Virus record (IMG/VR): IMGVR_UViG_3300031578_000039
Span: 1 to 58,771 of that record
Reading direction: 5' to 3' (one strand)
DNA length: 58,771 nt
Source of the DNA: a virus
Lineage: Duplodnaviria > Caudoviricetes
Shown here: positions 46,306 through 58,076 of the stretch, piece by piece
Position numbering within the stretch: position 1 is the first letter of the stretch
How the letters are laid out: every line of letters begins with the position of its first letter
Translations under genes and position numbers: made by a program
The notes under the pieces: model-generated
Database searches by the model: none
The model's input: the letters and a program-made list of their open reading frames with translations, nothing else
What the model was told of the DNA's origin: nothing

Positions 46306-49300
46306 TTTTAGCCCAATATCTAAGGAGCTTATTGATGAAATGAAAGCTTTTACGGAAGCTACGTTAAAAGCTATCGAGGCGACAGAGAAATTACTTACAT
46401 CAGGTGTTAAGCTTGTCGAAGCAAATAATAAACTTTCTACATCAGAAGAAAACAGCACTAATAAGAAACAAAAGTTAACAGCAGTTGAGCAAGAAGCTGA
46501 AAGAATAAGGAAACAGCAACTTCAAACACATGCTAAACTTGACGTGGCGAGGTCTAAGGCTGTTGTTGCGTTGACTAAATCAAAATTAGAGCTTCAAAAA
46601 ATTAATAAGGAAACAAAAGATAATATAATAGTAAATAATTCAGCAAAAGGAAGCTACGATCAGTTAAATGCAGAATTAAGACAAAACATAAGTAGATATA
46701 AATCGTTATCACCAGAACAAATAAAAAGCAAAACAAACGGAATTGCTCTAAAAAACGCCATAATTGCACAGCAAAAAGCTATAATGCGAGTAGATTCAGA
46801 ACTATTGGTACACAATAGAAATGTTGGTAATTACGGAAGTGCATTAAAAGGAGTGGCAGGAAACTTATTGGGTGCTTTTGGAGTTATTGGAGGCGTTACA
46901 GCATTTGCAGCGATTATTAAATCTTCTGTTTCAACAATAGTAAAATATAGTTCTCAAAATTCGCAATTAGCATCTATATTAGGAAAAACAAAAGCTGAAA
47001 TTGACGATTTAATAAAGAGTTCTTTAGAGTACGGCAGAACTACTCAATTTACATCTACGCAAGTATCACAGCTTCAAACAGAGCTTGCTAAGCTTGGTTT
47101 CACGCAAAAAGAGATACTTTCCTCAACAGAGGCTATATTAAATTTATCTGCCGCAACAGGTTCAGAGCTTGGAGATGCTGCACGTGTGGCAGGGGCGGCA
47201 CTTAGAGCAATGGGGCTTGAAGCTTCTGAAATGGATAGGGTTGCTTCTGTGTTGGCAGTTTCAACAACAAAAACAGCAGCATCATTTAGGGATTTTGACG
47301 GTAACCTATCAACTATATTACCAGTTGCAAGGGCGTTCAACTTTAGTATTGAAGATTCAGTTGCTTTATTTGGAAAATTAAGAGATTCAGGATTTGATGC
47401 TTCAAGTGCAGCAACTGCCACAAGAAATATATTACTTAATCTTGCTGATGCAAATGGTAAACTAGCCAAAGAGATAGGTAAGCCTGTTGATAATTTTGAT
47501 CAAATGATAGATGCTTTAGTAAAACTTGATTCAGAAGGATTCAATTTGGGCGAAACACTTGAATTGACTACCGTTAAAACAGTAGCTGCATTTAGTCAAT
47601 TTGTTGCAAGCGCAGAGGATGCAAGAACACTAAGAAATAGTCTTATTGACGTCAATGATGAGTTGAATACAATGGTTGAAACACGAATGGATAATGCAGA
47701 AAAAGCAGCCGTTGGACTTGGCTCTGCATGGAGTGGATTAATACTTAAATTAAAGGAAAGCGATGGTGTTATTGCAGATGTTTTAAGAAGCTTAACTGGT
47801 GTTATTAATTTTTTCACAGGTGATGATATATTGAAAGCATCAAAAGAAGGGGCAGGAAAAGTTTTTGATTCATGGAAAGAACAAGGTAAATTAACTGCTG
47901 ATTTCATAAGAAATCAAAAGGAGCAGTTAGATAAAGAGCTTGAAATATTAACACAGAAACAAAATACAGCATCTATAACAGAAAAAAGAGGACTAAGATT
48001 AGCTTATAACGAAAGGCTATCTTTAAAAGATGCTCTTAATAATGAACTTGAAAGATTAAATGAAGAAGAATTAAAAAACCAACAAAATGATTTAGCCAAA
48101 AGATTTGACATAGAAAATAAAAGTGTCGAAGACCTTAAAAAACTTCAAACTTCTTTTAGTTCATTTACTTCGGGTGAAATGAAGCGTAATGCTGATTTAA
48201 TACTTCCATTAATAGAGGAACAATTAAAACAAAGAAAGGCACTCGAAAGAGAAGCAAATAAAGAGATTGAAAAAGATCGTAAAAAATCAGCTGTAAATTT
48301 AAAAAAGGAAAAAGCTAAACAAGCCATAGAAATTGAAGGGTTTGAAAAAATAGTCACAGACAATCAAGAAAGGAATGCAAAAGAAAGACTAGATTCTGCT
48401 ATACAATTTGAAAAAGATGTAACAAAAGCAACACAGGATGGTGCCGATGCAAGGAAATTTATATCAGATGAGGAAGCAAAAGAAAGAAAAGAAAATCAAA
48501 AATTAATACGAGATGCAGCGATAGATTTAACAGCACAAGCAGCACAAGGCATTTCGGATGTTCTATTTGAAGCATCGGCACAACGCAGAGACGAAGAACT
48601 CGAAAAGTTATCAGAACAACGAGATGAAGATTTGGAAAGGCTCAACACTGAGCAACAAGAAGATTTACAAGCTGTTCAGGACAAACTTGATTTAGGGTTA
48701 ATAAATGAAGATCAGGCAGCAGCAAGAAGAAATGAAATCAACGATAAAGCAGCTAAGAATAAGGAGAAGATTGATGATGAAGCAGATAGAAAAGCAGCAG
48801 CCTTAAAGACGAAACAGGCTAAGGCGGATAAATCAGCTGCACTCATAAGTGTTGCTATTGATACGGCAGTTGCAGTAGCCAAAATTTGGGCGCAAACAGG
48901 AGTTTTCGGAACAATAGCACAACTCACAGCAATAGCCGCAGGAGCAATACAGGCAGGGATTATTTTAGCAACTCCAATACCTAAGTTTGCAAAAGGTACA
49001 GATTCTACACCTAGCGGATCATGGATAGCAGGAGAGGCAGGAAGCGAGGCAGTAATAACACCATCTGGTCAAATGTTCTTAACGCCCGATAAACCTACGC
49101 TATATTCTAATAAGCCTAACCACCAAGTTATACCACATGCTGAAACTCAACGAATGTTAGCAGAATTGGGAATGCAAAGAGGCTTTGAGTTTAGCGATAA
49201 TGGCATAAGATATGATTTGCAAAAGCTTATAAAAGTATCAAAGAAAACTAATAGCTCAAAACGCATTGATGACGTTACGTACACTACAAGGGGCAGAAGA

Positions 49301-49345
49301 AAACAAAGGGAACATCAATCTTTTTTAGATAGCATGAAGTCATAA
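46295..49345 (+). CDS. Tail tape measure protein (TP901-like core)
   Basis: TTQFTSTQV..ELAKLGF, LNLSAATG, PKFAKG..AGEAGSE; long helical Ala-rich protein. Confidence 0.95.
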   Translation: MADNFSPISKELIDEMKAFTEATLKAIEATEKLLTSGVKLVEANNKLSTSEENSTNKKQKLTAVEQEAERIRKQQLQTHAKLDVARSKAVVALTKSKLELQKINKETKDNIIVNNSAKGSYDQLNAELRQNISRYKSLSPEQIKSKTNGIALKNAIIAQQKAIMRVDSELLVHNRNVGNYGSALKGVAGNLLGAFGVIGGVTAFAAIIKSSVSTIVKYSSQNSQLASILGKTKAEIDDLIKSSLEYGRTTQFTSTQVSQLQTELAKLGFTQKEILSSTEAILNLSAATGSELGDAARVAGAALRAMGLEASEMDRVASVLAVSTTKTAASFRDFDGNLSTILPVARAFNFSIEDSVALFGKLRDSGFDASSAATATRNILLNLADANGKLAKEIGKPVDNFDQMIDALVKLDSEGFNLGETLELTTVKTVAAFSQFVASAEDARTLRNSLIDVNDELNTMVETRMDNAEKAAVGLGSAWSGLILKLKESDGVIADVLRSLTGVINFFTGDDILKASKEGAGKVFDSWKEQGKLTADFIRNQKEQLDKELEILTQKQNTASITEKRGLRLAYNERLSLKDALNNELERLNEEELKNQQNDLAKRFDIENKSVEDLKKLQTSFSSFTSGEMKRNADLILPLIEEQLKQRKALEREANKEIEKDRKKSAVNLKKEKAKQAIEIEGFEKIVTDNQERNAKERLDSAIQFEKDVTKATQDGADARKFISDEEAKERKENQKLIRDAAIDLTAQAAQGISDVLFEASAQRRDEELEKLSEQRDEDLERLNTEQQEDLQAVQDKLDLGLINEDQAAARRNEINDKAAKNKEKIDDEADRKAAALKTKQAKADKSAALISVAIDTAVAVAKIWAQTGVFGTIAQLTAIAAGAIQAGIILATPIPKFAKGTDSTPSGSWIAGEAGSEAVITPSGQMFLTPDKPTLYSNKPNHQVIPHAETQRMLAELGMQRGFEFSDNGIRYDLQKLIKVSKKTNSSKRIDDVTYTTRGRRKQREHQSFLDSMKS

Positions 49346-49349
49346 TACT

Positions 49350-52148
49350 ATGATAGATAAATTTCAAAACACTCTAACGGGGCTAAAAATGACTCTCTAT
49401 AATACCAGTGAGGGGCAATTAGAATTATACCATGCACCTGACGGATGGGAAAAAGCAGGTTACACATTTAGCAGATCTGGCAAATATTCTGGTATATTCA
49501 GAAAAAATGCCATTGATAAATTAGGATTTGTAAAAGAGGGAAAGGCATTTATTGAAAAGGTAGTATCAGAACAAGGATTTGAAGCAGAAATAATACTAAC
49601 AATATACCAATGGGATAGTATTAATATAACCTATTACGAGGTTTTCAGAGGGATAGTCGATATTTTAAGCAAGGATGTTGATCGGTTAAAATATACCGTT
49701 GCTATTTCAGACAGCAGTTTTGAAAACAAGGTAATAAATAGAGATAGTCTGCCTGTTATCGTAACAAAGAAAACACCAGAAGAAAATTATAAATCACTTG
49801 ATGGAAAAACAATAATAGGGTTCGCAAATGAAGGCAATTTAATAACATTACCTAGCCGTATCGATTTCTTTAATTCTACATTTGAATCTGATAAATCACA
49901 GTCTTATGAATCTCAAGTAATAGAAACTATATTTAATCCTGTTATACCTGTATTAAATTTAACGAATACTGATTTTACAGATCAAAACACACCTGTAAAG
50001 ACTAATGATAACTCATTCAAAGATATTCAGGGAGCATTCTATGTAAATTCAACAGGTGTTTCAGTAGAGATAGATGTTAGCGGTTCTATTAATGGTACAA
50101 TATCTATTTTCCAATTAGACCCTTTGGATGTAACATTAAAATTATATGTAATAAATTCAACATCAGATACAATAGTAAGAGAAATAAACATACCACTTAT
50201 TAAAACATATTTAGGTGCATTCAGCGATTTAGGCGTAATATTTGGAATTTATTCAATAAGTGCAGATATAAATATATCTGAGATAATTGAAACAGGTAAT
50301 TACATACAGTTTGGAATATTTAATGCGCTAACATCTGGTTTATTAAACAAGATTGCCAGAATAAATCAAGGTTTAATTCTTGACTTCTCATTTAGAACTC
50401 AATCGGATTTCGTGCCAAGTAAGAATATTCAGTCAATGATGGTTCATGAATTATTTTCAAGGATCGGACAAAAGATAACATCTGGAAATAATCCTTTTTA
50501 TTCTGATTTATTTGGACGAAAAGATTCAGAGCCACGAAAATATCCATACACACAAGAGGCAGGGCTTTTAGCGTTTACAAATGGTGGTTTGATTCGTGAC
50601 TTCTCAATGACAAAAAGCACAGGAATTGATGAACCTATTTCTCCGCTATCTGTTAGCCTTGGTGATTCTTTCGATGCAATTAATTCAATTCGCCCTATTG
50701 GTATGGGTATTGAGACTATTGATGGCGAAAAGGTTATAAGAATTGAGGAACTACCATATTTCTACGACAAAAGAGTTTCTATATTAATAGATAATGCTAC
50801 TAATATAAAGACCGATTACAACAAAGATTTAATACACAACGAAGCAGAAATAGGATTTTCAAAGTCTGAAACTGACGAAAAAAGAGATGGCATGTATGAT
50901 TACAACACAAAATCAACATGGACTAATGCCATTGAATCTGACAAGAAAAAAGAGAATTTAGTAACAAAATATTCTGCATCCAACACCTCAATAAATGAAG
51001 CCAGAAAAATAACCAAAAAAGATAATCCAACGACTGACTCAAAATACGATTCTATAAATTATTTAATTGAGGTTGTTGATAATATAGGAGGAAACGCAGT
51101 CGCGAACGGAGATGCAGAGCAAGGTTTATCTGATTGGAATATTACATCAGGAGTTATAACTAAAAACATATTAGGCAGTAACAGATTTGTAATTCCTCAA
51201 AATAACACCGAAAATGAGTACATATATCAAATATTACAAGTTGTTGATGAGCCTGTAATGTCATTTTCTTATGCGTTAATAAGCGAAAACGAACTAACAT
51301 TAACGCCAAGATTTCAAATAACAGCAAGATTGAACGATGGTAGTTTTAAATCGTTAAATCAATATGGCGATTGGGTAGATGGGCAGTTAGATTTCCCTGT
51401 TACTCCAATAAAAGGAGTTAAAGAACAAAACTTACAATCTTTTAACAAATTTGAAATATCAGCAAAAGAAAAGCTTAATAACATAGAGAGAATAACAATT
51501 GCTTTTGATACAACGTTTTTAAACAATCAGCTCGGGGTTAACAAGTATGTTATTGACGATATATATTTAAGCGGCTCTGCAAGGCTTAAAGCAAGAACAA
51601 CAGAGGGTTTTTCTTCAATTACAGGTATTGTTAACGCAAATGATTCCTACAACATCAATTTGTCACCTGCCAGATCAAGAAATAGGCATGGGTTCAGGTT
51701 AAGAGCAGCACTTGATGGTAAGTTAAACACAAGTCTTGTTTTCGCTAATTCTGATAAAATAAGTACCTTAGTATCAAAGAAAACAAATGAAGATAAACCA
51801 GTTGCGGAGAGTTCAGATATTTTAATAAATGAACTTGATAAACCATTGTGGCAAATAGAAAGAGACAGTTTTGATACTGTTTTGACAGCACAACAAAGAA
51901 TTGAGCTAAACAGTAACTTTGGAGATGGAAAACCTAAAAAATTAGCACTGGTAGGTTACAGAGAAAATACAAATGAACCATATAGCTATGGATGGATAGA
52001 TGAATTCAAATCAGGGAAATTTAATGAAAAATCAAATTTTGAAATACGGAAAATCTCTAAATATGTGCAAATAGTTGAGCCAGCATTCGCAATTGACGAT
52101 GACGGAGCTAATTTTATTGATAATGACGGAGCTAAATTTATAATCTAA
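49350..52148 (+). CDS. Tail tip/baseplate hub-type protein
   Basis: Follows TMP; APDGW, IRIEELPYFY, YNINLSPAR motifs. Confidence 0.75.
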   Translation: MIDKFQNTLTGLKMTLYNTSEGQLELYHAPDGWEKAGYTFSRSGKYSGIFRKNAIDKLGFVKEGKAFIEKVVSEQGFEAEIILTIYQWDSINITYYEVFRGIVDILSKDVDRLKYTVAISDSSFENKVINRDSLPVIVTKKTPEENYKSLDGKTIIGFANEGNLITLPSRIDFFNSTFESDKSQSYESQVIETIFNPVIPVLNLTNTDFTDQNTPVKTNDNSFKDIQGAFYVNSTGVSVEIDVSGSINGTISIFQLDPLDVTLKLYVINSTSDTIVREINIPLIKTYLGAFSDLGVIFGIYSISADINISEIIETGNYIQFGIFNALTSGLLNKIARINQGLILDFSFRTQSDFVPSKNIQSMMVHELFSRIGQKITSGNNPFYSDLFGRKDSEPRKYPYTQEAGLLAFTNGGLIRDFSMTKSTGIDEPISPLSVSLGDSFDAINSIRPIGMGIETIDGEKVIRIEELPYFYDKRVSILIDNATNIKTDYNKDLIHNEAEIGFSKSETDEKRDGMYDYNTKSTWTNAIESDKKKENLVTKYSASNTSINEARKITKKDNPTTDSKYDSINYLIEVVDNIGGNAVANGDAEQGLSDWNITSGVITKNILGSNRFVIPQNNTENEYIYQILQVVDEPVMSFSYALISENELTLTPRFQITARLNDGSFKSLNQYGDWVDGQLDFPVTPIKGVKEQNLQSFNKFEISAKEKLNNIERITIAFDTTFLNNQLGVNKYVIDDIYLSGSARLKARTTEGFSSITGIVNANDSYNINLSPARSRNRHGFRLRAALDGKLNTSLVFANSDKISTLVSKKTNEDKPVAESSDILINELDKPLWQIERDSFDTVLTAQQRIELNSNFGDGKPKKLALVGYRENTNEPYSYGWIDEFKSGKFNEKSNFEIRKISKYVQIVEPAFAIDDDGANFIDNDGAKFII

Positions 52149-52160
52149 AAATAAGAAAAC

Positions 52161-52748
52161 ATGAAAAGGACATTTATTTCAATACTCGTAACATTATTGT
52201 TTGCATTTTCTCTAAACGCACAGGACAGGCTTTTATTTGATTTAAGCTTAAACGCAACGCCACCATTGACAAGGCGAATAGCCATAGGTGAGGCAGGGGC
52301 ATTATCAGAAAATATGACATTGCCTCAATTTGCTAATTTTGTAACATCTAATTTAGATGCGTACACAAAAGGTGAAATAAACTCGTTGCTGAATAATTAC
52401 CTTGCAAAGAATAACCTTGCCAGTTACACTCCATCGCAAAATTATCATCCCGCTACAAAAAAGTATGTTGATGACGAAATAGCAGGGGTTTATCTAACAA
52501 AAGGTGTTGTTAGCATTCCTGATATATCCGTAGATTCAAATATCCCAATAACATTCCCTTCTGCAATTTCAACAAATGATTACATTGTAGTTGGTCATTT
52601 GATTAGTAAGGGAACTAATTGGGACGATGACAACGATGTGATATGGATGGTCAGGGGCATGACAACAACAGGGTTTAACCTATTGCTCAGAGAGGTAAGC
52701 CCAACTACACAAGTTTTAGATTTCAAATACAAAATACTAAAATACTAA
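52161..52748 (+). CDS. Minor tail protein with signal-peptide-like N-terminus
   Basis: YHPATKKYVD fibre repeat, H-lectin-like C-terminus. Confidence 0.7.
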   Translation: MKRTFISILVTLLFAFSLNAQDRLLFDLSLNATPPLTRRIAIGEAGALSENMTLPQFANFVTSNLDAYTKGEINSLLNNYLAKNNLASYTPSQNYHPATKKYVDDEIAGVYLTKGVVSIPDISVDSNIPITFPSAISTNDYIVVGHLISKGTNWDDDNDVIWMVRGMTTTGFNLLLREVSPTTQVLDFKYKILKY

Positions 52749-53965
52749 TGGCAAAGGCAACATTAATCATTAGCCCTTTAAACGGCATTACATACAAAGA
52801 AGTAAATAATTTGTTGCCAAATTTTGTCAACACGTTATCATGCGATGAAGATTTCAACGGAATCGTAAATGAGAATTATGTACAAAAATTCCTTACATCT
52901 GAAACAATAATAACTCAATTGTTTTCAGATTATGATACAATTGAAGCGTATTTAATTGATTCGTCAGGAACAAAAACAGAGCTTACTGTTTCATTGGTAA
53001 AACAATCAGTAGATAAAATAACATTTGAAGTTTATAGTTATTATGAGTTTTCAATCGTTGGACGTCCAGAGGGTAAATATTCGGTAGCTGTAAAAGGGAT
53101 TAAATCAGGCGAAGAAAACAAATATTTCAATTCAGAGCCTTTTGAGATAACCAAGGGAATTACGGGTTACAGATACGCACATGCAGATGGAACTAAAAAG
53201 GAATATCAATATATACCAAATCACATTAGAATCGTTGCATCAAATACAGATAGCGACTATGTTTATTGGGGAGAAGATAGGATAACAGGCAATCCTTTTG
53301 AAGTTAAAATGTGGATTCCCGGCACAAATAGAAAACAACAGCCGGGCGGAGAGATTGATGTTTACGATAATTTGGGAAACTTAGCTAAATTAGAGCAGAT
53401 TTCACAAAGGATTTATGAGTTAAAAACAGACGATATACCAGTTCATTTAGCATTAAAAGTAAATGAGCTTGCAGCACTTGACTTTTTCTCTATAAACGAT
53501 GAGTTTTATGTAAGTGAAGAAAACGGAGAAAACGAATATTTTGGAAATTATAACGGCAGTGTACTGACAATGGCACTTACTCAAAAATTTGTTGTCGGTA
53601 TCAATTCAGATGATAGAGGTTTCACAATAACAAATGAAAACGAAATGGCAAGTGTAGGAATAAAACAAGTGATTAATGCTAGTGGCTCGCAACAGCTCAC
53701 AGTGGATGGTGGTTATTCATTAAATCAAATAACGCTTGCTTTAGAACAAGGTACAAGTGCTGATATTACAATAGGAATTACACCTGGTGGAAATGAATTA
53801 ATGAGAACAGAAACTATCAATACGGCTAATCCAATAAAAAACATTGCACGAAACTACGTTAACTTAATAGATCAAGATGCTTCGTTTACAGTATATATTG
53901 ATATATCAGGAGTTGGCGCATCTGCAACAGTTATATTACAAACAATACTAAATAAACAACAATAA
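52748..53965 (+). CDS. Putative tail/baseplate structural protein
   Basis: Position, beta-rich. Confidence 0.65.
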   Translation: MAKATLIISPLNGITYKEVNNLLPNFVNTLSCDEDFNGIVNENYVQKFLTSETIITQLFSDYDTIEAYLIDSSGTKTELTVSLVKQSVDKITFEVYSYYEFSIVGRPEGKYSVAVKGIKSGEENKYFNSEPFEITKGITGYRYAHADGTKKEYQYIPNHIRIVASNTDSDYVYWGEDRITGNPFEVKMWIPGTNRKQQPGGEIDVYDNLGNLAKLEQISQRIYELKTDDIPVHLALKVNELAALDFFSINDEFYVSEENGENEYFGNYNGSVLTMALTQKFVVGINSDDRGFTITNENEMASVGIKQVINASGSQQLTVDGGYSLNQITLALEQGTSADITIGITPGGNELMRTETINTANPIKNIARNYVNLIDQDASFTVYIDISGVGASATVILQTILNKQQ

Positions 53966-53966
53966 G

Positions 53967-56900
53967 ATGAAAAAATTAGCATTATTATTTCTTTTGATAT
54001 TGCCGTATTTCGTGCAATCTCAAAGTGTTTCTGGTGATGAATTGCGAATATACGGCAAAGCTTCGATAGGAGAAGATGGAAGTGTCCAATTAGACATGAA
54101 TGGAAATCCTGTTAAAAATGTTCTTGACCCTGTGGACGATCAAGATGTGGTAACAAAAAAATACTTAGAAGATAATGTTGTTGTCGGGGACGTTCCGTTT
54201 GTTGATTTCCAAGTGAATGAAGATAATCCTGTATATAAACAGGCTCGTTTATGGTACGATTATTTAAGAGCAGAGATGGTTTTCTTTGACAGAGTAGAGA
54301 ATTTAGAATTTCGCACAGTTGGGGAATTATCTATAAGAGTTATAAATAATTCAGGAAGCACAATAAATAAAGGTAAAGCTGTTTATCCAACTGGTTCAAG
54401 TGGTGGATTTACAACAATAGATTTAGCGTTATCAAGTGATTATGAAAAGTCTCGACCAGTTGGATTTGCTAAAAATACGATACTAAACGGAGAGGAAGGA
54501 TGGGTTATGCTTCGTGGTGTTTTAGATAGTATAAATACGTCTTTATTATCAGGTGGTAAAATTTATTTGAGTCCAACAGAAGCAGGAGGAGTAACAAATA
54601 CATTACCGTCAAATGGAAATTTTATCATTCTAATGGGTGCTGTGGGTGTGGTTGATGCTATAAGTGGGGTTATAAATGTTGACCCATATATTAATGAATA
54701 TACCGCAGAAACTATCAGCCCAAGAGGCTGGGCTTCAACAAGCAATAGTATAGTAACTTTAAATCCAATCACAAGAACAGTAACAGTTGACCCGACAGGT
54801 GATACAGACTATATTTATGAAGATGGAGTTAAATATGAATTTGGAACAGTAAGCGAAACATGGGCAGATATTGAGGGTACTTTCGACATTTATTTTGACA
54901 AAGGAGAATTAAAAATAGAACATAATCGTACAACGTCACAAGTTAGAGAAATATATTCTACTAAAGCAGGAATAGGCAGGCATTATTGGGATGCTCAAAA
55001 TGACAGCATTGTTTTTGCTAATGACATGCAACATACATTTGATATGAATGGTAATACGTGGGCTACATTCTGGGACTTACATAAATGTACGGTACTAGAG
55101 GGTATTAACATTACTAACATATCTACCGGTGGCACGGGAAATGTTAATGCAGATGCTCAATTTGGAAACGGTGCAGGAATAATAAGGAATCAAGATATAA
55201 TAACTTCAGTTCCTGCGGTAGCAAGTACAATAGGATATGATGTTTTTTATAGAACGGGAGTATCAAACTGGCGGTTAGAAAATGTAATAGGTTTTCCAGT
55301 ATTCACAACAGGGACTGGACGTTTGGCATACAATCAAAACGTAGGTGGCGTTTGGCAGTTAACAGAATGCACAAACGGATATTATACATTGTGTCATCTA
55401 TTTACGTCTAATACCAGAAGCCAATACAGAACTGGTGTTGTTATGGGGCAAAGTCAATACGCTACAATAACAGCAGCAAGAACAGGTGCAGTAACGGAGA
55501 TAAAAAATTTAGTTTTCTCTCAATTTCCTATAAAAGAATTAGCTCCTGTTGCTACTATAATATATGAGACAAGAGATAATTACACAAATTTAGTTAATGC
55601 AAGAACAGTTCAAAGCTTAGATCAATCAGGCAATTTAGTTGATTTTATAGATTGGCGATTCTCTGGCGTTTCAGGCAGTGGAGCAGGAGGTGCGGGTGGA
55701 GGTTCATTTCTCGACGATTACGACACCCCAACAGTTTACACAAGTTCGGCGGGAAAAGGAGTAGTAGTGAACAGTACGCCTGATGGTTTGATATTTGACA
55801 ATGTAGTAACGAGCGTTAATGGAGTTGATTTAGCCTCGCCAAATTACAATATTGTTCTAACAGCTAATAAAGTAGGTGAGAATGTTACAGTAGGTACAGG
55901 AGGCACAGGAACAAGTGCAGTTGTAAATGTTGCAGATAATGACAATAATAGTTTAAATGAATTGCAGAGTTTAAATAACTCTAAGTTAAATAATAGCATA
56001 AATCTCACTATCTCCGGCGGTACTGGAACGACAGTAACGAATATTGCAAGAACTGACTTTGCAAATACTTTTACTACGAACCAAACTATTTCAGGAAATT
56101 TAACAGTTAACGGAACAGGTGCAGTTAAAGTAGCCTCTGGCACGACAGCACAACGCCCAACGCCTGTAAATGGTCAAATCAGATATGATACAGATTTAAG
56201 TAAAATACAGACTTATGAAAATAGTGCATGGAAAAACTTTGTCACCTCTACCGATCAAACAAATTTATCTAACTATCCAAAAAAGAATGGAATAGAAACA
56301 ATATCTGCACAATGGACTTATACGACCTCTCCGTTAGTACCTAGTGCTACGCTTCGGGAACAGGCAGCTAATTTAGGCAATATTTGGGATGCAGAAATGG
56401 GTTTATCATGGCAAGGTATTGTTATCAACTTCTTTAATCCAACAGGAGGTTTGCCAACAACGCCTAATGATGGCGATAGGTATATTTCGACAGCAACCGC
56501 AAACGGTTGGATTATAAATAATATTTATGAGTGGAAAGATAATGATTTGGTCTGGATAGAAGCTGTTTCCTTAAATGGATTTGCTGCATTTGTAAATAAT
56601 TTAGCTACATTTTACAATTACAATGGTTCAAATTGGATAGATTTCAGTGTATCCCCAACAGTTCACGCAACAACTCACCAAAACAACGGAGCAGATGAAA
56701 TTAATGTAGCAGGATTAAGCGGTGTTTTAGCAGATAATCAGCCGACAAATAGAAATCTTGATTGGACAGGTACGTTTGATGGACAAGAAGGCAGTTATTA
56801 CCTTAATTACGCTAATTTAACTAATAAACCTACCATTCTAACAATGGTAAATGGGGTTGACAACAGGATTGTCACTTCAACATCGGCAACAGGATTAAAT

Positions 56901-58076
56901 GGTGAGAGCGGTATGACTTACAACGGCAGTACATTTGCCGTAAATGGTGATATTAGTTGCGACCAAGAACTAAAATTAACAAATGCGTTTCTTCCTCTTT
57001 TATCATTTAATGATGGTTCTGGCGTATCTTGGAATCTCTCGCACAGCAGTAATTCTTTTAAAATAGAATACGGCTTAGAAACTTCAATTAAAGCTATTGA
57101 AGATGGAGGGACTGAATTATATTACAATAACTTAAAAAAAGCAGAAACTACCAGCACTGGTTTAGCCGTTACAGGAATTCAGAAGTTAGAATCAGGTGGA
57201 ATAGATGGGATATTAGCAGACAATATTTTATTTGCTCCTACTGGTTTTGCGACTACCGTAAATCATAGAATGCGATCTAGCCACTCTATAGTTCGAAATA
57301 GTAACTATCTAAATATAGAAACTAGTACGGGTACAACTGGTGTTTATAATAATAATCAATTAGTTTTGAGAGGGAATGGGTTTATCGGCATTGGTGTACT
57401 AAGTCCCTCAGTAGCTTTAGATGTATCGGGTGCAATAACCGCAACTGGTAACATTTCAATGAATCAATCATTGAACTCAGGTCTATTAATAGGCAATACG
57501 AGTGCAGCCAATAAATGGCTAATAGGCTCTAGGAATGCTATTGATGCAGGAAGTGATAATGATTTAGCATTATATTCAAGAGACGGACACGTAACTCTAT
57601 GGGACGATGGAGCGGTAAATCTTGCAACTACAAGCGCCGGAATAGCCGTTACAGGAACAATAACCGCAACAGGTGACATTACTTCAACCTCAGATATTAG
57701 AAAAAAGAACTTAAAATATTACCTTAATAATAACTATTTACCACATATTATAAGCCTAAGCCCAATTGCTTATACAATGAAAGATACTACTTTGAGCGAA
57801 AAAACTAATTTCGGTTTTTCAGCCCAAGAAGTACAGGCTTCATTCCCTGAATGGGTACATGAAGACGGCGAGGGTTGGCTATCTTTAGATTACGGAAAGA
57901 TGGGGGCTGTTTTAGCAGTTCAGGGAATAAAGGAGTTAAACACTAAACTCGAAAAAGAAAATAAGCAGCTAAGAGACGATATAAAGAGCTTGCAAGAGAG
58001 TGTTAAAATGATTAACCAGTTAATAACCTCTAAAGAACTTGATACTTTAATTTTCAAAACTAAAAAACAGCAATAA
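53967..58076 (+). CDS. Tail fibre with C-terminal intramolecular chaperone (peptidase S74-like)
   Basis: G/T-rich repeats, GTTAQRP, TSDIRKK..GFSAQEV..LDYG..IKEL. Confidence 0.9.
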   Translation: MKKLALLFLLILPYFVQSQSVSGDELRIYGKASIGEDGSVQLDMNGNPVKNVLDPVDDQDVVTKKYLEDNVVVGDVPFVDFQVNEDNPVYKQARLWYDYLRAEMVFFDRVENLEFRTVGELSIRVINNSGSTINKGKAVYPTGSSGGFTTIDLALSSDYEKSRPVGFAKNTILNGEEGWVMLRGVLDSINTSLLSGGKIYLSPTEAGGVTNTLPSNGNFIILMGAVGVVDAISGVINVDPYINEYTAETISPRGWASTSNSIVTLNPITRTVTVDPTGDTDYIYEDGVKYEFGTVSETWADIEGTFDIYFDKGELKIEHNRTTSQVREIYSTKAGIGRHYWDAQNDSIVFANDMQHTFDMNGNTWATFWDLHKCTVLEGINITNISTGGTGNVNADAQFGNGAGIIRNQDIITSVPAVASTIGYDVFYRTGVSNWRLENVIGFPVFTTGTGRLAYNQNVGGVWQLTECTNGYYTLCHLFTSNTRSQYRTGVVMGQSQYATITAARTGAVTEIKNLVFSQFPIKELAPVATIIYETRDNYTNLVNARTVQSLDQSGNLVDFIDWRFSGVSGSGAGGAGGGSFLDDYDTPTVYTSSAGKGVVVNSTPDGLIFDNVVTSVNGVDLASPNYNIVLTANKVGENVTVGTGGTGTSAVVNVADNDNNSLNELQSLNNSKLNNSINLTISGGTGTTVTNIARTDFANTFTTNQTISGNLTVNGTGAVKVASGTTAQRPTPVNGQIRYDTDLSKIQTYENSAWKNFVTSTDQTNLSNYPKKNGIETISAQWTYTTSPLVPSATLREQAANLGNIWDAEMGLSWQGIVINFFNPTGGLPTTPNDGDRYISTATANGWIINNIYEWKDNDLVWIEAVSLNGFAAFVNNLATFYNYNGSNWIDFSVSPTVHATTHQNNGADEINVAGLSGVLADNQPTNRNLDWTGTFDGQEGSYYLNYANLTNKPTILTMVNGVDNRIVTSTSATGLNGESGMTYNGSTFAVNGDISCDQELKLTNAFLPLLSFNDGSGVSWNLSHSSNSFKIEYGLETSIKAIEDGGTELYYNNLKKAETTSTGLAVTGIQKLESGGIDGILADNILFAPTGFATTVNHRMRSSHSIVRNSNYLNIETSTGTTGVYNNNQLVLRGNGFIGIGVLSPSVALDVSGAITATGNISMNQSLNSGLLIGNTSAANKWLIGSRNAIDAGSDNDLALYSRDGHVTLWDDGAVNLATTSAGIAVTGTITATGDITSTSDIRKKNLKYYLNNNYLPHIISLSPIAYTMKDTTLSEKTNFGFSAQEVQASFPEWVHEDGEGWLSLDYGKMGAVLAVQGIKELNTKLEKENKQLRDDIKSLQESVKMINQLITSKELDTLIFKTKKQQ

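Noticed and set aside
20258-57679. Minus-strand ORFs overlapping long plus-strand genes (e.g. 22081-22398, 30227-30568, 47074-47469, 55844-56143)
   Set aside because: Antisense shadows of well-supported genes with no motifs
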